A stretch of DNA of 64,000 nt from an uncultured Candidatus Saccharibacteria bacterium (GCA_964532495.1 CAZHJZ010000002.1:79501-143500), one strand, 5' to 3'. Counted from the stretch's first letter, positions 19,524 through 29,625 are shown. Notes: generated by a model from the sequence alone, not told the origin. Numbers and translations: made by a program.

Positions 19524-19835
19524 TTATAGCCAACCAAATTCTTTTAGAACATTTGTTAAATTATTAAACTTGAAACTCAAATACCAAAAATAATACTTAT
19601 CTTCACTTGATGTATCACGAGGTATGATACAAATACCGTGAGCAACAATTGGTAGATATTTTTTTATTTCTATTTTTTCGATTTGGTCATGGGTAAAACA
19701 ATATTTTTTTCTAAACAATTGATTGTTTAGAATTAGCTCATCTTGGCAAACTTCTAAAGTAACAAATGGCCAAGTAATCTGCCAAGATCCGATCCAAGCA
19801 CCGCCTCTGAATTTATTTTCTTTAGTATTTACCAT
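19524..19835 (-). CDS. putative cognate immunity protein of the Rhs C-terminal toxin
   Basis: 103-aa ORF beginning 4 nt after the rhs stop, same strand, AT-rich like the toxin tip. This gene order is the canonical polymorphic-toxin arrangement. Confidence 0.5.
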   Translation of the reverse strand: MVNTKENKFRGGAWIGSWQITWPFVTLEVCQDELILNNQLFRKKYCFTHDQIEKIEIKKYLPIVAHGICIIPRDTSSEDKYYFWYLSFKFNNLTNVLKEFGWL

Positions 19836-19838
19836 AAT

Positions 19839-22800
19839 TTACTTTGTTAATTTATTAATTAAGTTTGCAACATTTGTAGCACCTTGATTTACGGCACTGG
19901 TTATAGAATTAACCGCATTTTTCATACCATTAATAATACCAGAAATATTACCCTGATATACAGGAGTTGTTTTATTAACACCTCCGCTAAAAGTTACAGG
20001 TATAGGCGTTGGACCCAATCTTGCTCCCATCCCGATACCAACTTCAGTTCCAGAATATTTTCCGCCAGAAAAATTAGTAGTAACATCTCCTCCAAGAAGG
20101 ACTTTACCTCCTAGGGAAGCATAGTTCTCGGTTCCCAATGTATCATTCCAAGTTTTTGCGTTTGAATAACCTGCTGATATTCCAATCGAAGCATCTGCAC
20201 CGGCTAATCCACCACCATGTAAAGACTTTGATATACCAAATGTTCCGTCAGAAGCAAAACCTATATTAAACGAACTACCAACTTCGCCACCCAAACCGAT
20301 GTTAGTTGTTAAACCAAGCTGAAAAGCAAATAGGCCGGTTGGATCGCTCATAGTTATCGGATTATTAAGACCATAACTATATGAATTTAAATTTTGTGGA
20401 TTAGATAAATATTCAAATAAAAATTGGTTATTGAACTGATCTTTTTTTTTATTTGAATTTCGCCAGTTTGTATCCCATTTTTTGTTGAAATCTTGAGAAC
20501 CAATAAGCAAGAACATTGGATCTTGAGAGATGAATTGACCTCTATCCCCCCCATAGTAGCGTGCATTCAGATAATTTAATCCTGTATCGGCATCATACTC
20601 CTGCCCAATAAATTGTTTTTGCTCATTGAATCCTGTCGCCTGTTCATTCAATCGCACTTCGCCGAATGGATAATAATCAAGCAGCTGATTTTTTGCGCCA
20701 GCTGCATCTGAAATGACATTTGATCCCAACACAGTGTCTGTATGCACATAGTATGGAGTAATAGTTGTCCCTACAGTTTCTATCGTTCCTACCAGCTGGT
20801 TGCCGACATATATTTGTTTAGTCTTTTTACTTCCAACTGTATTGTAATATTTGTTCGGATAATGCGTGGTATTTGTCTTGTCATTATAATAGACTCGATT
20901 GCCTGCGTGATCGTACAGATATGAAATAAATCTTGAGCCCTTCACTGTTTTTACAAGCTCATCTTTATAGTTCCAAGTATTAGTCAACTGACCGTTTGTC
21001 AGCATGTCACCATTTCTATTGTATGTAACGGAAGTACCATTGACGCTTGTTGCAGCATGGGGGTTAGCAAAGCTAGTACCAGTAGAACCCAAGTAAGAAT
21101 ACGAACCTACATCAGACTTGGAGAGAATATTCCCAAGCACATTGTAAGCATATGTTTGCGTATACGCGCTCTGCCCAGGCGCAACATTTGTAATAGTTGC
21201 CGATAAGAGACGATTTAGATCGTCGTATGTATAGTTGGCCATCTTTGCTCCATTGGTAGCTGAAGCATCAACTAATTGGGTAATATTGCCATCCACATCA
21301 TACGTATATGTCAGATCCTGCAATGTTATATTTGAAGAATTGAGAGTTTTTTTCGAATTCAATCGATACAGTTCCGCTGCATCATAAGTATTGGTGGTAG
21401 TAACTCCATTCGCGTACACCATTGTTGCAATCATATTTGTTGGAGAATAATCAATGTTTGAAACAATGTTTGCATACGCCGTTGCATTCTCCTTCGCTTC
21501 TGCTTTATCTACCAAGCCTGCGGTGTTGTATGTATATCGAACAGATGCTCCGTCTGGATAGATAATCACTGATTGATTTCCCTGACGGTCATACACATAC
21601 GAAGTGAAATAGTTGGAAGTACCAATCGTTCTGGATTCGGTTGCAATTGTACCGTTTTTATCGTAACCATACACAGTATTGACACCGTTTAGCATCGTTA
21701 CTGAACAGAGCTTTCCTTTCCCATTGGCGCAGGCGTCATATGCATAGGCAATCTCAGTCCCCGTTGCACCAGTGTAGTTTTCCTGGATCTGACGATTGAG
21801 GCCATCGTATTTGTAAGTTGTTTTTGCTTCAGGGCTGGTCAGTATTATTAGATTGCCCACAGTATCATACGCGTATTGCCATGTTCCAAACGATGTATCG
21901 CCTACTGCATGAAGATCTTGCGCTGTTAAGCGATTACCTCGGCCGTCATACGTGAAATCACGGATATTTCCGAGCGCATCAGTAAGTCGCACAAGCTGTC
22001 CTGCAACGTTCCAAAGATACTGCGTAGTGTATGTTGAACCAGCATTGATCTCATCTACTTGAATAAGTTTTCCATACGCATTGAGGAAATAGTTTTTTAC
22101 TTTTCCCATAGGGTCAGTTACTTTTGTTTTAAATCCGGCATATGTATTTGTCGTAGTGCCAATACTATTCTGTTCAGATGTGACTCTGCTGAGAGCATCA
22201 TATGAACGCACGGAGTATAATGCTGCGATAGTAATAGCAGGAGTACGCAAAGCGCCACCGCTTGAATACGGCAGTGATTGTTTCTGAATTCTGCCCGAAG
22301 AATCATACACAGTATCTGCGGTATTAAACATCCCAGCAGTTTCTGATTCCTTGCGTGTCTGAATGCTGCGGCCCAATCCATCAAAGTACTCGTATGCTTC
22401 AACGCCATTTGAGGCATCGAGATATTGTGTGGTTTGTTTTAGTACGTTGTTTGAAGTGTCAGTATATACATATGCTGTTTTTAGAACGGGAGAACTTCCG
22501 CCAGCAGGATCAGGAATGCTTTCCGTAAGCGGTCTGCCAAAACCATCATAACTGCTCATCCATGTATTCCCATTTGCATCGGTCATTGAACTAACCTTGC
22601 CTACTCCATAGTCATATACGTAGTTGGTCGGCTGCAAAATTGCGTTAGTGACTGTTGCGGGATACAAATTGTATGAATCATAAACATATGAAGTTGCATT
22701 ACCGAGAGGGTCTGTTTCAGATGTCACATTTCCAAATGTGTTGTAGGCCTTCTGTTTAGAAGCATATGTTGCTCCGCTTATCCATTGTTCTTGTTTTGTT

Positions 22801-25800
22801 TGATTGCCCTTAGTAACAGAATTAAATGGGCCATTATCGTAATAGAATTTTGATTCCGAAAGCTTTAGAGAAGACTGATCTTTGATAGAAATAGAAATTG
22901 GAACAATCACACCTGTAACGCCATTTCTTACATAGTCATAACTGGAATTTCGCCTATCTGTCCCTGTATCGGTAAACGTTCCGTCAGAAGCTGCAATTAC
23001 CGTTCCGAATTCCGTCTGTTCTGCCACAAATCCTGTAGAAGCATCGTACTTGTAACTTGTCGCCGTGTCCGTATGGGTAGGCAATCCGTCATATTGAAGA
23101 GTAATAGTTCGGTACAGATATACGAAATCAGCGGCTGCTGAAAGCGGTGCCGAATTCCATTGGCTGATCTCTGTCTGATACAAATTGTTAGCAAGGTTAT
23201 ATGTTTCTTTACGATATGGTTTCCCTATTTTGGATCGGCTATCAGCAAGCTCACCCAAAGCAGCATTAGTTGAGTTTCCTTGGTGATAATATGTTTTTAT
23301 TATTGCGTCAGGGCGCGTCTCTGTTACCACACCAAAGCCAGCAAACTTGCGATCGGATGGCGAAGCGTAGTAATAATATCCATCTGCATATGAGTATGAT
23401 GTTGTACTGCTGGAGCCATATCCATCATTTACTGTCACAGCTGCTACTGTGGTAACAACAAGCGGAAGTGAAGGGTTTAGTAAATTTCCTGATTGATCTT
23501 TGTACTGTGCAGAGCTTTTGTAGGTAACTCCATACGAGCCTCCGGCCGGAAGCGTAATCGTTTTTAAAAGATCATTAGGGCTTGTATTTGTATTTGGATA
23601 AATATTGTTATTCGCAACAAAATCCTGCGCTCCGTCGGCATTGATATCCATTAGTAAGTATGGATTCTGGCACAGACAGTTTACCGTTGCACTTATCGAT
23701 GATGTGAAACTTGGACTTGTGACATAGAGCGAAGCGAATCCTTTACCAGTGTTTGTGTATATTCTGTCGCCGATCACATAGATATCATCGAGGCCGTCAT
23801 TATTGAAATCGGCAATTTCAAATTTATTATATGAAGTTCCGAAATACGCATTCTGTAAAAAGTAAAAGTCTGGTGGCAATATATATGAATTATCCAATAC
23901 CCAATTTGTTCCGGTGTTAATATACACATTGTCCGTATAAACGTATTGGCAATTGCCGCAATTATTCAAGCTTCTGCTTGCTTGTATAAAGTCCGGAAGC
24001 TTATCACCATTGATATCCATCATGAAGTAATCAGATCTTCCAGAAAAAATTGGCGTGTACGCGAGAGGCACTGTTCCAGTTCCCGCGTGGCTTAACGTTG
24101 CATTGACATTGAAATTTGTTCCAGTGTTGAGAGATGTTGTTGTATTGTAATAAATCGGCAATCCGCCAGTAGAAGGATTGGTGTCTTGTAAATAGTCTAC
24201 CAACCCATCGCCGTTAAAGTCTTGGGTAAATAACGAGTACCATGGATTCGAAGTATATTTGGGGTATTGTGAGCTACTAGGTGTATACGGCACATTAGTC
24301 CAACCGGCTCCAGTGTTGATATTTTCATCAGGCATCACCGATGCGTTGTATGCGTACGGTGTTCGAAGTAGATCGGGCTTTAGGTCTCCGTTTAGGTCTA
24401 CAAGCCGAGTGCCGCCATCAAATTTACTGTTGCCGTCCGAGTAATTCATAATCCCCGCTGGAGGATTGAATGAAGCAGGACTTTGGGCAAACAGGCCTGT
24501 TGTAGGATTGAACAGCATCGTTTTTTTATCTGAAGTATATGTGTAGACAGTCCATTCATATGCCTTTAAAGCATCTGGATAGGCATCGCCGTTGATATCG
24601 CCAACAATCACTCCATTTTGCACGTCAGTTGGGAATAATCCTGGTACGGATTGGGCATTGGCGGTTTTGAATGTCTGATCAATATTGGAATTGTAGGCAA
24701 ATGCTTCAGCTGGCAAAGTGACTCCTGTTCCGTTTGCATCGTATCTCGTTTCAGTTATCGAAGAAAGCAAAGAACGCAGGCCGTTATTCCCTTGTGTATA
24801 CGAAAAAATGTATTTGCCTTTTAATATATTGTTTGCATAAATCCGAACATCGGAAATGATATAAGAAGTACGAACCAAGTATGCAGTAGCGTAGCTTTCG
24901 ATTACATCAGAGCGACTGATTCTGCTGAAAGTAATTTTATAAATGCCTGGCAATCCAGCAGCGTTTGTATACGTAATAGTATCCGGGTATATCTGCCCGT
25001 CATTTTTGTAATATGTATAGTCAATCGAATTCCCATTTGAATCCTGAGTTTTCTCAAGCATCCATTTTGAAACTTGCGCTGTATCGGCTGGATTGTCTTG
25101 GCGGGATTGTGCTGTTGTTCCATACGTATATGTAGTTCCGGCTTTATCCGTTACTGTCCATGATGTTCCTGAATATGAATACTTAAGCATCTCGCCACCA
25201 TCTGAGCGAGACATGTATGTTGACCCTGCGATATTTGCAAGCTCTCCTGAAACAGAAGAAGTAAACTCATTTTGTGAATACAATGTCTCGGTTCCTTTTT
25301 TGTTTACTCGTTCGATGTACGGAATAGTTATATTCCAACCGTACCCAACGAGCGAAGCATCCTTGCCGCTCTGTGAATTGTAATTTAAAGCAATACTGGG
25401 AGTCATCCCGTTTCTTCCTTGCGGCACAACTATGCTATGGCTGTATGAAAGTGCTCCAGTCGAAGCGTCAGTTTCGGGTTTTACTTGTTTTACTGGAGTA
25501 GGTGGATTGTCGCCATTTGAAGGATTTATCGCGAGCAAAGACTGCTGAACTTGCTGTTGTTGTACGTTTGCCAGTGGAGCAGCTTCCGGCCCCTCGGTGT
25601 GCTTTGGCTCTAAATCAGAAACTATATCTATATTTTTACTATCCAGGGTTACTATTTTTTTATCTGAAACTTCTGATGCCACTGTTTGGAGCGGTGGAGC
25701 AATAATCTGTTCTTTCGAAACTGATCCGCTGCTGCGGAGAGACTCAGCAGCCATTGGAACTTCTTGCGCATATACAGTGATGAGCGGGGCGCTCATCATG

Positions 25801-25868
25801 GTAGCGGCAAGCGAGAGTGATACGACCTTAAGCAGCGCCAAGCGCTCAAAACGTACTAATGTAATCAT
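19839..25868 (-). CDS. Rhs/YD-repeat polymorphic toxin (TcB/TcC-like: signal peptide, SpvB/FG-GAP-like N-terminal repeats, YD-repeat shell, DPTGL motif, Gly-rich C-terminal domain); the ORF is open to 25976
   Basis: Many YD repeats (YTYDVDGN, YLYDHAGNRVYY, YVYDRQGNQ, YKYDGLNR...). FG-GAP-like DxNGDGxxD repeats (DINGDAYPD, DLNGDLKPD, DFNGDGLVDY, DINGDKLPDF, FNNDGLDDIY). Rhs core end ...QDPM...SDPTGL followed by a 163-aa Gly/Ser/Thr/Asn-rich tail. Start at MITLVRF chosen because a promoter-like AT-rich segment and a terminator lie 5' of it. Confidence 0.9.
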   Translation of the reverse strand: MITLVRFERLALLKVVSLSLAATMMSAPLITVYAQEVPMAAESLRSSGSVSKEQIIAPPLQTVASEVSDKKIVTLDSKNIDIVSDLEPKHTEGPEAAPLANVQQQQVQQSLLAINPSNGDNPPTPVKQVKPETDASTGALSYSHSIVVPQGRNGMTPSIALNYNSQSGKDASLVGYGWNITIPYIERVNKKGTETLYSQNEFTSSVSGELANIAGSTYMSRSDGGEMLKYSYSGTSWTVTDKAGTTYTYGTTAQSRQDNPADTAQVSKWMLEKTQDSNGNSIDYTYYKNDGQIYPDTITYTNAAGLPGIYKITFSRISRSDVIESYATAYLVRTSYIISDVRIYANNILKGKYIFSYTQGNNGLRSLLSSITETRYDANGTGVTLPAEAFAYNSNIDQTFKTANAQSVPGLFPTDVQNGVIVGDINGDAYPDALKAYEWTVYTYTSDKKTMLFNPTTGLFAQSPASFNPPAGIMNYSDGNSKFDGGTRLVDLNGDLKPDLLRTPYAYNASVMPDENINTGAGWTNVPYTPSSSQYPKYTSNPWYSLFTQDFNGDGLVDYLQDTNPSTGGLPIYYNTTTSLNTGTNFNVNATLSHAGTGTVPLAYTPIFSGRSDYFMMDINGDKLPDFIQASRSLNNCGNCQYVYTDNVYINTGTNWVLDNSYILPPDFYFLQNAYFGTSYNKFEIADFNNDGLDDIYVIGDRIYTNTGKGFASLYVTSPSFTSSISATVNCLCQNPYLLMDINADGAQDFVANNNIYPNTNTSPNDLLKTITLPAGGSYGVTYKSSAQYKDQSGNLLNPSLPLVVTTVAAVTVNDGYGSSSTTSYSYADGYYYYASPSDRKFAGFGVVTETRPDAIIKTYYHQGNSTNAALGELADSRSKIGKPYRKETYNLANNLYQTEISQWNSAPLSAAADFVYLYRTITLQYDGLPTHTDTATSYKYDASTGFVAEQTEFGTVIAASDGTFTDTGTDRRNSSYDYVRNGVTGVIVPISISIKDQSSLKLSESKFYYDNGPFNSVTKGNQTKQEQWISGATYASKQKAYNTFGNVTSETDPLGNATSYVYDSYNLYPATVTNAILQPTNYVYDYGVGKVSSMTDANGNTWMSSYDGFGRPLTESIPDPAGGSSPVLKTAYVYTDTSNNVLKQTTQYLDASNGVEAYEYFDGLGRSIQTRKESETAGMFNTADTVYDSSGRIQKQSLPYSSGGALRTPAITIAALYSVRSYDALSRVTSEQNSIGTTTNTYAGFKTKVTDPMGKVKNYFLNAYGKLIQVDEINAGSTYTTQYLWNVAGQLVRLTDALGNIRDFTYDGRGNRLTAQDLHAVGDTSFGTWQYAYDTVGNLIILTSPEAKTTYKYDGLNRQIQENYTGATGTEIAYAYDACANGKGKLCSVTMLNGVNTVYGYDKNGTIATESRTIGTSNYFTSYVYDRQGNQSVIIYPDGASVRYTYNTAGLVDKAEAKENATAYANIVSNIDYSPTNMIATMVYANGVTTTNTYDAAELYRLNSKKTLNSSNITLQDLTYTYDVDGNITQLVDASATNGAKMANYTYDDLNRLLSATITNVAPGQSAYTQTYAYNVLGNILSKSDVGSYSYLGSTGTSFANPHAATSVNGTSVTYNRNGDMLTNGQLTNTWNYKDELVKTVKGSRFISYLYDHAGNRVYYNDKTNTTHYPNKYYNTVGSKKTKQIYVGNQLVGTIETVGTTITPYYVHTDTVLGSNVISDAAGAKNQLLDYYPFGEVRLNEQATGFNEQKQFIGQEYDADTGLNYLNARYYGGDRGQFISQDPMFLLIGSQDFNKKWDTNWRNSNKKKDQFNNQFLFEYLSNPQNLNSYSYGLNNPITMSDPTGLFAFQLGLTTNIGLGGEVGSSFNIGFASDGTFGISKSLHGGGLAGADASIGISAGYSNAKTWNDTLGTENYASLGGKVLLGGDVTTNFSGGKYSGTEVGIGMGARLGPTPIPVTFSGGVNKTTPVYQGNISGIINGMKNAVNSITSAVNQGATNVANLINKLTK

Positions 25869-25971
25869 ATGTATACACACACTACTAATAAACAAGGAAA
25901 GAAGCAATTCTAGTAATACGACATGAAAAAACGATAAAATATACATAAAATTCACTGAGACTATATATATA

Positions 25972-26003
25972 AACAAAAAAACGCCCGGACGGCGTTTTTT
26001 TTG
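25972..26003. terminator. intrinsic terminator downstream of tRNA-Ala (minus strand), AACGCC/GGCGTT stem with flanking A/T runs
   Basis: Hairpin and T8 run read directly from the sequence. Confidence 0.55.
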
Positions 26004-26010
26004 TTTATTG

Positions 26011-26083
26011 TGGACCCTATCGGATTCGAACCGATGACCTCCTCATTGCAAATGAGGCGCTCTACCAACTAAGCTAAGGGCCC
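26011..26083 (-). tRNA. tRNA-Ala (anticodon TGC)
   Basis: rc gives GGGCCCTTAGCTTAGTTGGTAGAGCGCCTCATTTGCAATGAGGAGGTCATCGGTTCGAATCCGATAGGGTCCA, including the Ala-identity G3:U70-type acceptor stem. Confidence 0.85.
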
Positions 26084-26198
26084 TTGAAATGTAACTTATC
26101 CCGAACTTCGATAATACTACCTTATTTCCTGATTTTTGCAACTCATCTACCCCACCTATTTATGCATTCTGCCACTACTATTTCATAAGCGCAAATTC

Positions 26199-27152
26199 TT
26201 ATTCTTTTACATTTTTGCCGAGGCCTTGGTTAAGAATATGATCAACGAACTCAGAGATAGTGGATCCGATCTTGCTAACCGCAGCCTGAAGCGGTGCATG
26301 CGGAGCCATAGCAGGTGCAGTGCTTATACTGGATATATAAGTATGCCGCGGGGTAATAGTGAAGCGGGCTTCGGCAAGATGTTTGAGGCCAAGATCTTGA
26401 TAGAGCGAGCGCGTATGATCTTGGAGCGACTGACTTTCAGTGGTTGAGAAAGTATCGCTATATGAATGCGAAGCACCTTTGTGGTTCTTTATACCGACAG
26501 GCATGAATGTATATACATTCTGATTTCTAAATCCATCAGCAACCAACACCGAAGCCTCTTTACCTTCTATATATTCTTCAATAAGAATATCTCCTGGTTT
26601 TTCTGAAGCAGTTCGGAGTGCATCAAGCAGCTCGCTGCGAGTGCGAGCAACTGAAGTAAAGCTGCCATTCATCACATGCCATGGCCCTGGAAATTTCAGA
26701 AAAATTTCCTGTGCTTGTTCCTTTAGATACACTTCAAGAACAGTATCTGAAACATATCGATAATCTCTAATAACGTACTCTGCCCGAGTCTTTAAGCCTC
26801 GTTCTTTAGCCTTAGCCTTGAGGACAGCTCTGTTGCTGCTGAGCGCGGTAGCAAAGGGGCTCGAACCGGTGTGAGGTATCTGGAGCGCTTCAAGCGAAGC
26901 TTGAAGCGCTCCGTCTTCACCATACGCACCATGAAGGGCATTCCAAACAATATCCACACTATCTTTCAATTGTGCGGAATCCACCGGCCGTCCAGCGATG
27001 TGCCACGTGCCATCTTTGGTAACCAAAATATCTACAGCTTTGTAACTGCCAGGAAAATAGTCGCGCAGGATCTGCAAAACAGTCGCGCCTGTTTCAAGCG
27101 ACTGATCGTATTGATGACTCACGCCACCGCGAATTACTCCTACGCGTATCAT
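26199..27152 (-). CDS. ddl: D-alanine--D-alanine ligase
   Basis: N-terminus IRVGVIRGGVSHQYDQSLETG and LHGAYGEDGALQASLEALQIPHTGS match Ddl conserved blocks; ATP-grasp C-terminal half. Confidence 0.8.
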   Translation of the reverse strand: MIRVGVIRGGVSHQYDQSLETGATVLQILRDYFPGSYKAVDILVTKDGTWHIAGRPVDSAQLKDSVDIVWNALHGAYGEDGALQASLEALQIPHTGSSPFATALSSNRAVLKAKAKERGLKTRAEYVIRDYRYVSDTVLEVYLKEQAQEIFLKFPGPWHVMNGSFTSVARTRSELLDALRTASEKPGDILIEEYIEGKEASVLVADGFRNQNVYTFMPVGIKNHKGASHSYSDTFSTTESQSLQDHTRSLYQDLGLKHLAEARFTITPRHTYISSISTAPAMAPHAPLQAAVSKIGSTISEFVDHILNQGLGKNVKE

Positions 27153-27159
27153 GAATAGA

Positions 27160-28464
27160 TTATACCGCGCTTCGCTTCACACTTCCAGTTGAAAGAAAAC
27201 TATTTGCGCGTTTCTTTTTATGAAATGCGATTCCGTACCGATGCGCTTCGCTGTTGGCGAGGATAATTGTTTTCTTGTGTTTCTTCGCCATATCCTCATC
27301 GCCCAAAATTTCTCGCGCCTTGTGATGCTCGTCTTTAACAATTGAAACAACGGGAATGCCAAGCTGATATCTGCTCACCACTTGCTTGCCGACGCGCAAT
27401 TGCGCCTCGCCTCCATCCATAGCAATCAAGTCTGGCATTCCCCATTCAGTATGACGGAATCGTCGAGACAATACTTCTTCAAGCGCTCCCGTATCATTGC
27501 TCCCTGTCTGAGTGCGAATAATGAATTTTCGATACTGGCTTTTGGCCGGCTCACCATCTTCTGTTACCGTCATAACCCCAACCATATTTTTGCCGCTCAT
27601 ATGCGCGATATCATAGGCTTCAATTCTAAATACTTGGCCTTTGATACCTGGCGATGATCGGTCTTCCTTCAAAAGCGCCACATCATTGATGTGTTCAAGG
27701 GCAAAAAGCTGGCGCTTTACTTCATGCGCACGCTCAAACTCCTGCCGCTTCGCATATGACATCATTTCCTTTGTCAGTTCTGCTACAATCTTTTTTTTCT
27801 TTCCTTCAAAGAACAATTGTATGTTTCGGATATTGCGAAGATACGCTTTGCAATTCTCGTCCTGCTGGATTTTTTCAATTGGTTCGTTTGGATCAATCGA
27901 GGGTGCCAATCCAAGCTGGCGATAGAACTGGTAATTATCTTTTTTAATTGAAGAAGTATCGATGAATGGAAAAATGCGGCGAATAATCTTCATTGCTTCT
28001 TTGAGTGAACCCCCGGATGTGAATGGTCCGTAAATAGATTTGAGCTTAAAACCATTACCCGTCTTAGAATCAAAATCAATTTCTTTGCCGCGGATAACCA
28101 TAATCTTCGGAAGTGATTCTTGAGTAATGGTCACATAGTTCCAGCTCTTGTCGTCTTTTTCTTTGACGTTGTAGTAAGGCAAATGTTCCTTGATTAGTTT
28201 CGCTTCTAAGATAAGCGCTTCAAGAACTGTTTCAGTTTTCTCAAAGGTAACCTTGCTCGCCTTAAAAACCATATCAACGATACTTGGTCCGCGAGTGACG
28301 ATCAGATCCTTTGCAAAATAGCTCCGAGTTCGGTCCCGAAGCGATGTGGCTTTGCCAATATACAAAATCTCCTTCCCTTTTCGGAAGAAGTATACGCCTG
28401 GCACATCCGGCAATTTGAGTTTAGCGAGCTGTTGACTGGTCACGGTGGCTGTATTATAGTACAA
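27160..28464 (-). CDS. uvrC: excinuclease ABC subunit C, short form lacking the C-terminal HhH domain
   Basis: N-terminal GIY-YIG block (GVYFFRKGKEILYIGKATSLRDR), central UvrC region and RNaseH-like endonuclease domain (DIAHMSG..., LIAMDGGEAQL). Ends shortly after NSEAHRYGIAFHKKKR. Confidence 0.8.
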   Translation of the reverse strand: MYYNTATVTSQQLAKLKLPDVPGVYFFRKGKEILYIGKATSLRDRTRSYFAKDLIVTRGPSIVDMVFKASKVTFEKTETVLEALILEAKLIKEHLPYYNVKEKDDKSWNYVTITQESLPKIMVIRGKEIDFDSKTGNGFKLKSIYGPFTSGGSLKEAMKIIRRIFPFIDTSSIKKDNYQFYRQLGLAPSIDPNEPIEKIQQDENCKAYLRNIRNIQLFFEGKKKKIVAELTKEMMSYAKRQEFERAHEVKRQLFALEHINDVALLKEDRSSPGIKGQVFRIEAYDIAHMSGKNMVGVMTVTEDGEPAKSQYRKFIIRTQTGSNDTGALEEVLSRRFRHTEWGMPDLIAMDGGEAQLRVGKQVVSRYQLGIPVVSIVKDEHHKAREILGDEDMAKKHKKTIILANSEAHRYGIAFHKKKRANSFLSTGSVKRSAV

Positions 28465-28506
28465 ATCAATAGATTTCTCAATTCATTTTCTAAAACAATA
28501 CTACGT

Positions 28507-29001
28507 ATGAAACCAACCCGTTCAAACAAACTAGCTGTTATCTGCCATTTAAAAGCAATGTTATTCCCGATTGGTGGCGACAACTCATCTTCGATGAAAA
28601 TGGATGTAGCGGTAATTTTGATAACCAGCCGCCATGCACCTAACAGCCACACAATACATGCGCTTATACAAGCAGCACGTGCAAAGAGACCAAGCATGCG
28701 CACTGCCATTGATAATATGTACGACAAACAAATGGGAAAAGAGACCTCACTTTTTCTCAATGAATGCGTAGTTTTAACTTCGGATTTAGAAATAGATGAA
28801 ACATTGGCAATGGATATTCGCACACAATTTGGCGAAATTATTGCAGATAGTAATAGTGTTAAAGCACTATGCACATCGGAGCTATCTCCGTTTAAACTCA
28901 GTTGCACTAACTGTGGAGGAGAAACAGAATACTCCGATAGCGTATATACCTGCAAATCCTGCGGTACTAAACATGACGCTGTTGGCGACGTGATACAGTA
29001 A
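28507..29001 (+). CDS. hypothetical protein with C-terminal CxxC...CxxC zinc ribbon
   Basis: C-terminus CTNCGGETEYSDSVYTCKSCGTKHD. Start chosen at internal MKPTRS to avoid overlap with uvrC. Competes with an antisense ORF 28440-28955 (see rejected). Confidence 0.35.
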   Translation: MKPTRSNKLAVICHLKAMLFPIGGDNSSSMKMDVAVILITSRHAPNSHTIHALIQAARAKRPSMRTAIDNMYDKQMGKETSLFLNECVVLTSDLEIDETLAMDIRTQFGEIIADSNSVKALCTSELSPFKLSCTNCGGETEYSDSVYTCKSCGTKHDAVGDVIQ

Positions 29002-29162
29002 CAAAACTAATAAATACAATATAAATTAGGATTATCCTTAAACTCACAATACCGCCCTACTAATGTTAGGCGGTTTTATTTTGCCATTGACCAGTCTCAT
29101 TTTATGTACTATAGTCTGTAAAATACTCTTATTTCTCAACCGTTTAAAAACATAAGAAAACT

Positions 29163-29594
29163 ATGCTACTACTAGCTCATTCTGCGACCTTCCCCGAGAA
29201 GCGCTCTCTAGGTTTTTACCTCAATTGTTTTTTTGACATGATTGCATACTATCTTTCACTTGCGAACTCTACTTATTTTCCTATTACTTTGCATATTGAA
29301 AAACCTGCAAGCTTCCACCTGGATGATGAGTTTAAATCTCATACTGAAACCAAAACTACGCGGGTGTTTAGAAAAAATGCTTTTGGAAAATTTGAAGTAT
29401 ACGCTCCAATTATCACAACAGGTGGAAAAAAGTTCCATTACTCAAAAAAACAATGGCAACCTTTTAACAAGGAACAATGCAGCACGTTAGAAATGATTAT
29501 TGCCGATAAAAAGGAGATAAAAATTTTTATCGAGGCTGACAGTGATGGGCCATATGTTTCTTTAATTACTGAACACATTCCGGAACAAGAATAA
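29163..29594 (+). CDS. hypothetical protein
   Basis: 143-aa AT-rich ORF, no recognisable domain. Confidence 0.4.
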   Translation: MLLLAHSATFPEKRSLGFYLNCFFDMIAYYLSLANSTYFPITLHIEKPASFHLDDEFKSHTETKTTRVFRKNAFGKFEVYAPIITTGGKKFHYSKKQWQPFNKEQCSTLEMIIADKKEIKIFIEADSDGPYVSLITEHIPEQE

Positions 29595-29625
29595 TTTCCT
29601 TAACCATTCAAAAAATACGTAAGCC

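Noticed and set aside
19839-25976. Numerous 60-110-aa ORFs on both strands inside the rhs gene (e.g. 22118-22417, 25093-25383, 25597-25926)
   Set aside because: They are entirely nested within a 6-kb ORF with strong protein-family signal, and their own translations are low-complexity. Treated as spurious shadow ORFs.
28440-28955. 171-aa minus-strand ORF antisense to the Zn-ribbon ORF
   Set aside because: It shows no motif, whereas the opposite frame ends in a clean CxxC-x12-CxxC zinc ribbon. It would also overlap the uvrC start. The plus-strand call was kept, at low confidence.
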